In this document: positions 53,708 through 64,000 of the stretch, piece by piece
How positions within the stretch are numbered: position 1 is the first letter of the stretch
Layout of the letters: the number at the start of each line of letters is the position of its first letter
From: Amoebidium appalachense
Taxonomy: Eukaryota; Protista; Ichthyosporea
Direction of reading: 5' to 3'
Assembly: GCA_963693365.1 (NCBI GenBank)
Contig: CAVNZM010000001.1
Coordinates: 15,548,418-15,612,417, forward strand
DNA: 64,000 bases
Notes under the pieces: model-generated
Told to the model about the DNA's origin: nothing
Seen by the model: only the letters and a program-made list of their open reading frames with translations
The model's database searches: none
Translations under genes and position numbers: made by a program

Positions 53708-54620
53708 TTTCTAAGTATCGAGCAATCACAGGATCAGTTAGAGTTTCCAGCCCTTTCGTATAGCAGCTTAGCGCAAAATTTGTCGTTTGATGCTCTTAAC
53801 CTGAGGCGGGTTCTGAATGGAGAAAAGAACGTAGGGTTTCCGATGCTAGGATGCTACCAGGTGCTGACCCCCTCTACCGCTTATGTAATATATGACTACT
53901 ACTACACATTGATACGCCTATTTCCGTGGTGCATGCTTCAGTTGAACTGCCCGTAATTTGTTACACTTGCTAAGTCTGCTGGGTTCCAGCACCAGCAAGC
54001 TCGCCAGCTAACCAGCTTATTAGAAGAAGTGGCCTTGGTGTATATAGGTTTGCTCGTCAATTTACCGAATCTTTCGCTCTATCCAAATCAATGTCGTTCT
54101 CATTTATAATTATGTAGTATATTTTGTTGCCAAAAACACGATGCACGGCTAAGTATACAGCCCACTGATGGGAGAAATGAAAATGACAAGATTGCACCCG
54201 CAGTCCTCCGTCTGTGTGAGTGGGCCAACTTCTGACTGGTGATCACGCAACTGCACTGCTGACTGCAGTCGGGGTGATTTGAACTTGTGATTTGAACTTG
54301 CCGCCTTCCTCATTGATTGGTCAGATTTATTACAAGCCAATCATAATTCTGGACATCGAGCTCCTTTTGGGTACGCGCAGGGTGTGAAATTTGTGCTTTG
54401 CCGAGGGACAGCGGGTGGCCACCAAAGTCACCACCGTAGGGCTGCAGCTATATACATACATACATACACACACACGTCACATTCACAACAGACACCCAGA
54501 AAGATAGCCTACCTGTAAATTACAACATCCTTGATTTTATACTAAACACGCGTAACTACGACCTGTTTATTAGATGTATTGATTGGCTTGAGAAACACAT
54601 CACTACAAAATTATAGCGCA

Positions 54621-54687
<67 letters not shown>

Positions 54688-54719
54688 CCAGCTGATACCG
54701 AGTGTCCCGAGGGGAGCCC

Positions 54720-54764
<45 letters not shown>

Positions 54765-55147
54765 GGGGAACCCCAACTAATTGATTTCTCCTTGTAGTCT
54801 TTATGGTGTCTCGTAGAGAAAGTAAACCCTGATATATAGTCACCACCCGACATCTATGTACGTGATCATGATATACCGCTGAGGGGATATTCCGAGCAAA
54901 CCCCCCCCCCCCCATACCTGAGACTGGTTCTCTTTGCCTCGAGTAAACAGCGTAAACCCCCATACATACATAGAGCATATCGGGCAGCTATAGGGCCACT
55001 GGCTGAAAATTCAGTGGACCCAACCTTGAAAGTTTGGGACACTTTCCGGTGTTTTACCGGGGTTTTAGGGCCCTTTTGGTGACCCGGGCCCTGGCACATG
55101 TGCAAGTGCCGGCATATGTGAAGTTGAGCGTGGTAGACCTCCAAGTG

Positions 55148-55275
55148 TTTGACCAGCCGTAACCGTTGTAACATCAAATAACCATTGTTGATATTTTTAC
55201 AGTTCCAATCCCCCCTTTGACCAGCCGTAACCGTTGAACATCAAATAACCATTGTTGATATTTTTGCAGTTCCAA

Positions 55276-55282
<7 letters not shown>
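55148..55282. repeat. 68-bp direct tandem duplication
   Basis: tttgaccagccgtaaccgttg(t)aacatcaaataaccattgttgatattttt(a/g)cagttccaatccccc starts at 55148 and 55216. Confidence 0.9.
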
Positions 55283-55313
<31 letters not shown>

Positions 55314-55983
55314 CCCTCCCTCCTTTCCCCGCGGCCGTCGTCCCCAAACCCATTCCAGGTAAGCAGGTATTACGTCCACCCGGTGCACCACCCCTCTTCA
55401 ACGTAAACGCGTGCGGGCGGCCGGGGGGGGGGGGGGGGGGGGGGGGGGAGGGGGGGTAAGTAAAATAAACATGAGTGATGGATGTTTATTGATACTATTA
55501 GCTTGCATGAGAATGTATTTTGTTCAGTACTAGTATACTGTAGTATTAGTACATACCTGCGAGGTCTGTATAGGTTCTAAAAACTATATTTAAATATTAA
55601 ATATTCGGAAGTGTTGCACGGTGTGGTGACATATTGTACAAACTACTAGCGGATCGAGCTACTTCCAGAAGGGGTCCCCTCATATTTAGGCAAGCTGCTC
55701 CTTACTAGTCAGTAAATTACCGAGAGATTCTAACTCATAAATGATCAACGTTTCTCTATTATATAGCCATTCATACTGTGAATACCCTACCCACGTTCAA
55801 CTTTCGAGTATTGAGTGAGCATTCAGATTTCAATGATAAACATTATCCTCTAAACAGTCGCTGCAACCTACCCAGCACACCAATTCATCGGTACATTCGG
55901 AGCCCAGTAAGTGTAATATGAACTCTACAAGTCAACCTTTCTGGGTGTATCATTCGTCTAAGACTTCCTCCCCACCATGTGGC

Positions 55984-63665
<7,682 letters not shown>

Positions 63666-63713
63666 CTGGGGATGGGTGGGGGGGTGGGTGGGTTGGTGGG
63701 TGGGTGGGTGGGT

Positions 63714-63758
<45 letters not shown>

Positions 63759-63924
63759 TCGGTATATGGCAGGAAGAGACTAAACACGTGGAACGAAAGT
63801 GTACATATGTCGAAGGCAGAAATCAACCCATCGCTACATACCTATTGTCACGAGCAACACTCCTCCCCCTCGAAACATACACAGACAACCAAAAAAAAAA
63901 AAAAAAAAAAAAAAAAGGGTGGGT

Positions 63925-63966
<42 letters not shown>

Positions 63967-64000
63967 ACGGACGGGATGGGTGGGAGAGGGAGAGGGAAAA

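Overview
Eukaryotic nuclear DNA with many introns and an extreme load of simple repeats: (CA/TG)n, (CT/GA)n, poly-C/poly-G, (TGCG)n and (CAACA)n. Almost all ORFs in the supplied track are repeat artefacts. Reading short unique islands bounded by AG/GT and checking splice phase gives five genes. (1) A 5'-truncated + strand CHD3/4(Mi-2)-like gene (1-26447): PHD, two chromodomains, SNF2 ATPase, C2H2 finger, long P/S/T linker and an ARID-like tail. Its Walker B, motif III and motif VI are degenerate, so it is probably a pseudo-ATPase. (2) A two-exon single-C2H2 transcription factor (29933-31243, +). (3) A small Cys-containing secreted protein with a TATA/CCAAT promoter (ATG 36207, -). (4) A near-complete Spindly (SPDL1)-like dynein adaptor with CC1 box, Spindly-like motif and C-terminal CNQQ CaaX box (53707-40721, -). 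(5) A 5'-incomplete class C (GABA-B/GPR156-like) 7TM receptor with a C-terminal coiled coil (63665-~55984, -). Introns hold several TTAA-flanked non-autonomous elements, including a family whose arms occur as A/A, A/B and B/B. Many splice sites are built directly from microsatellites, and three have been locally duplicated. Gene content suggests an opisthokont, possibly a unicellular holozoan (inference only). All gene models are manual and need RNA-seq confirmation; homology calls rest on recalled motifs, not database searches.
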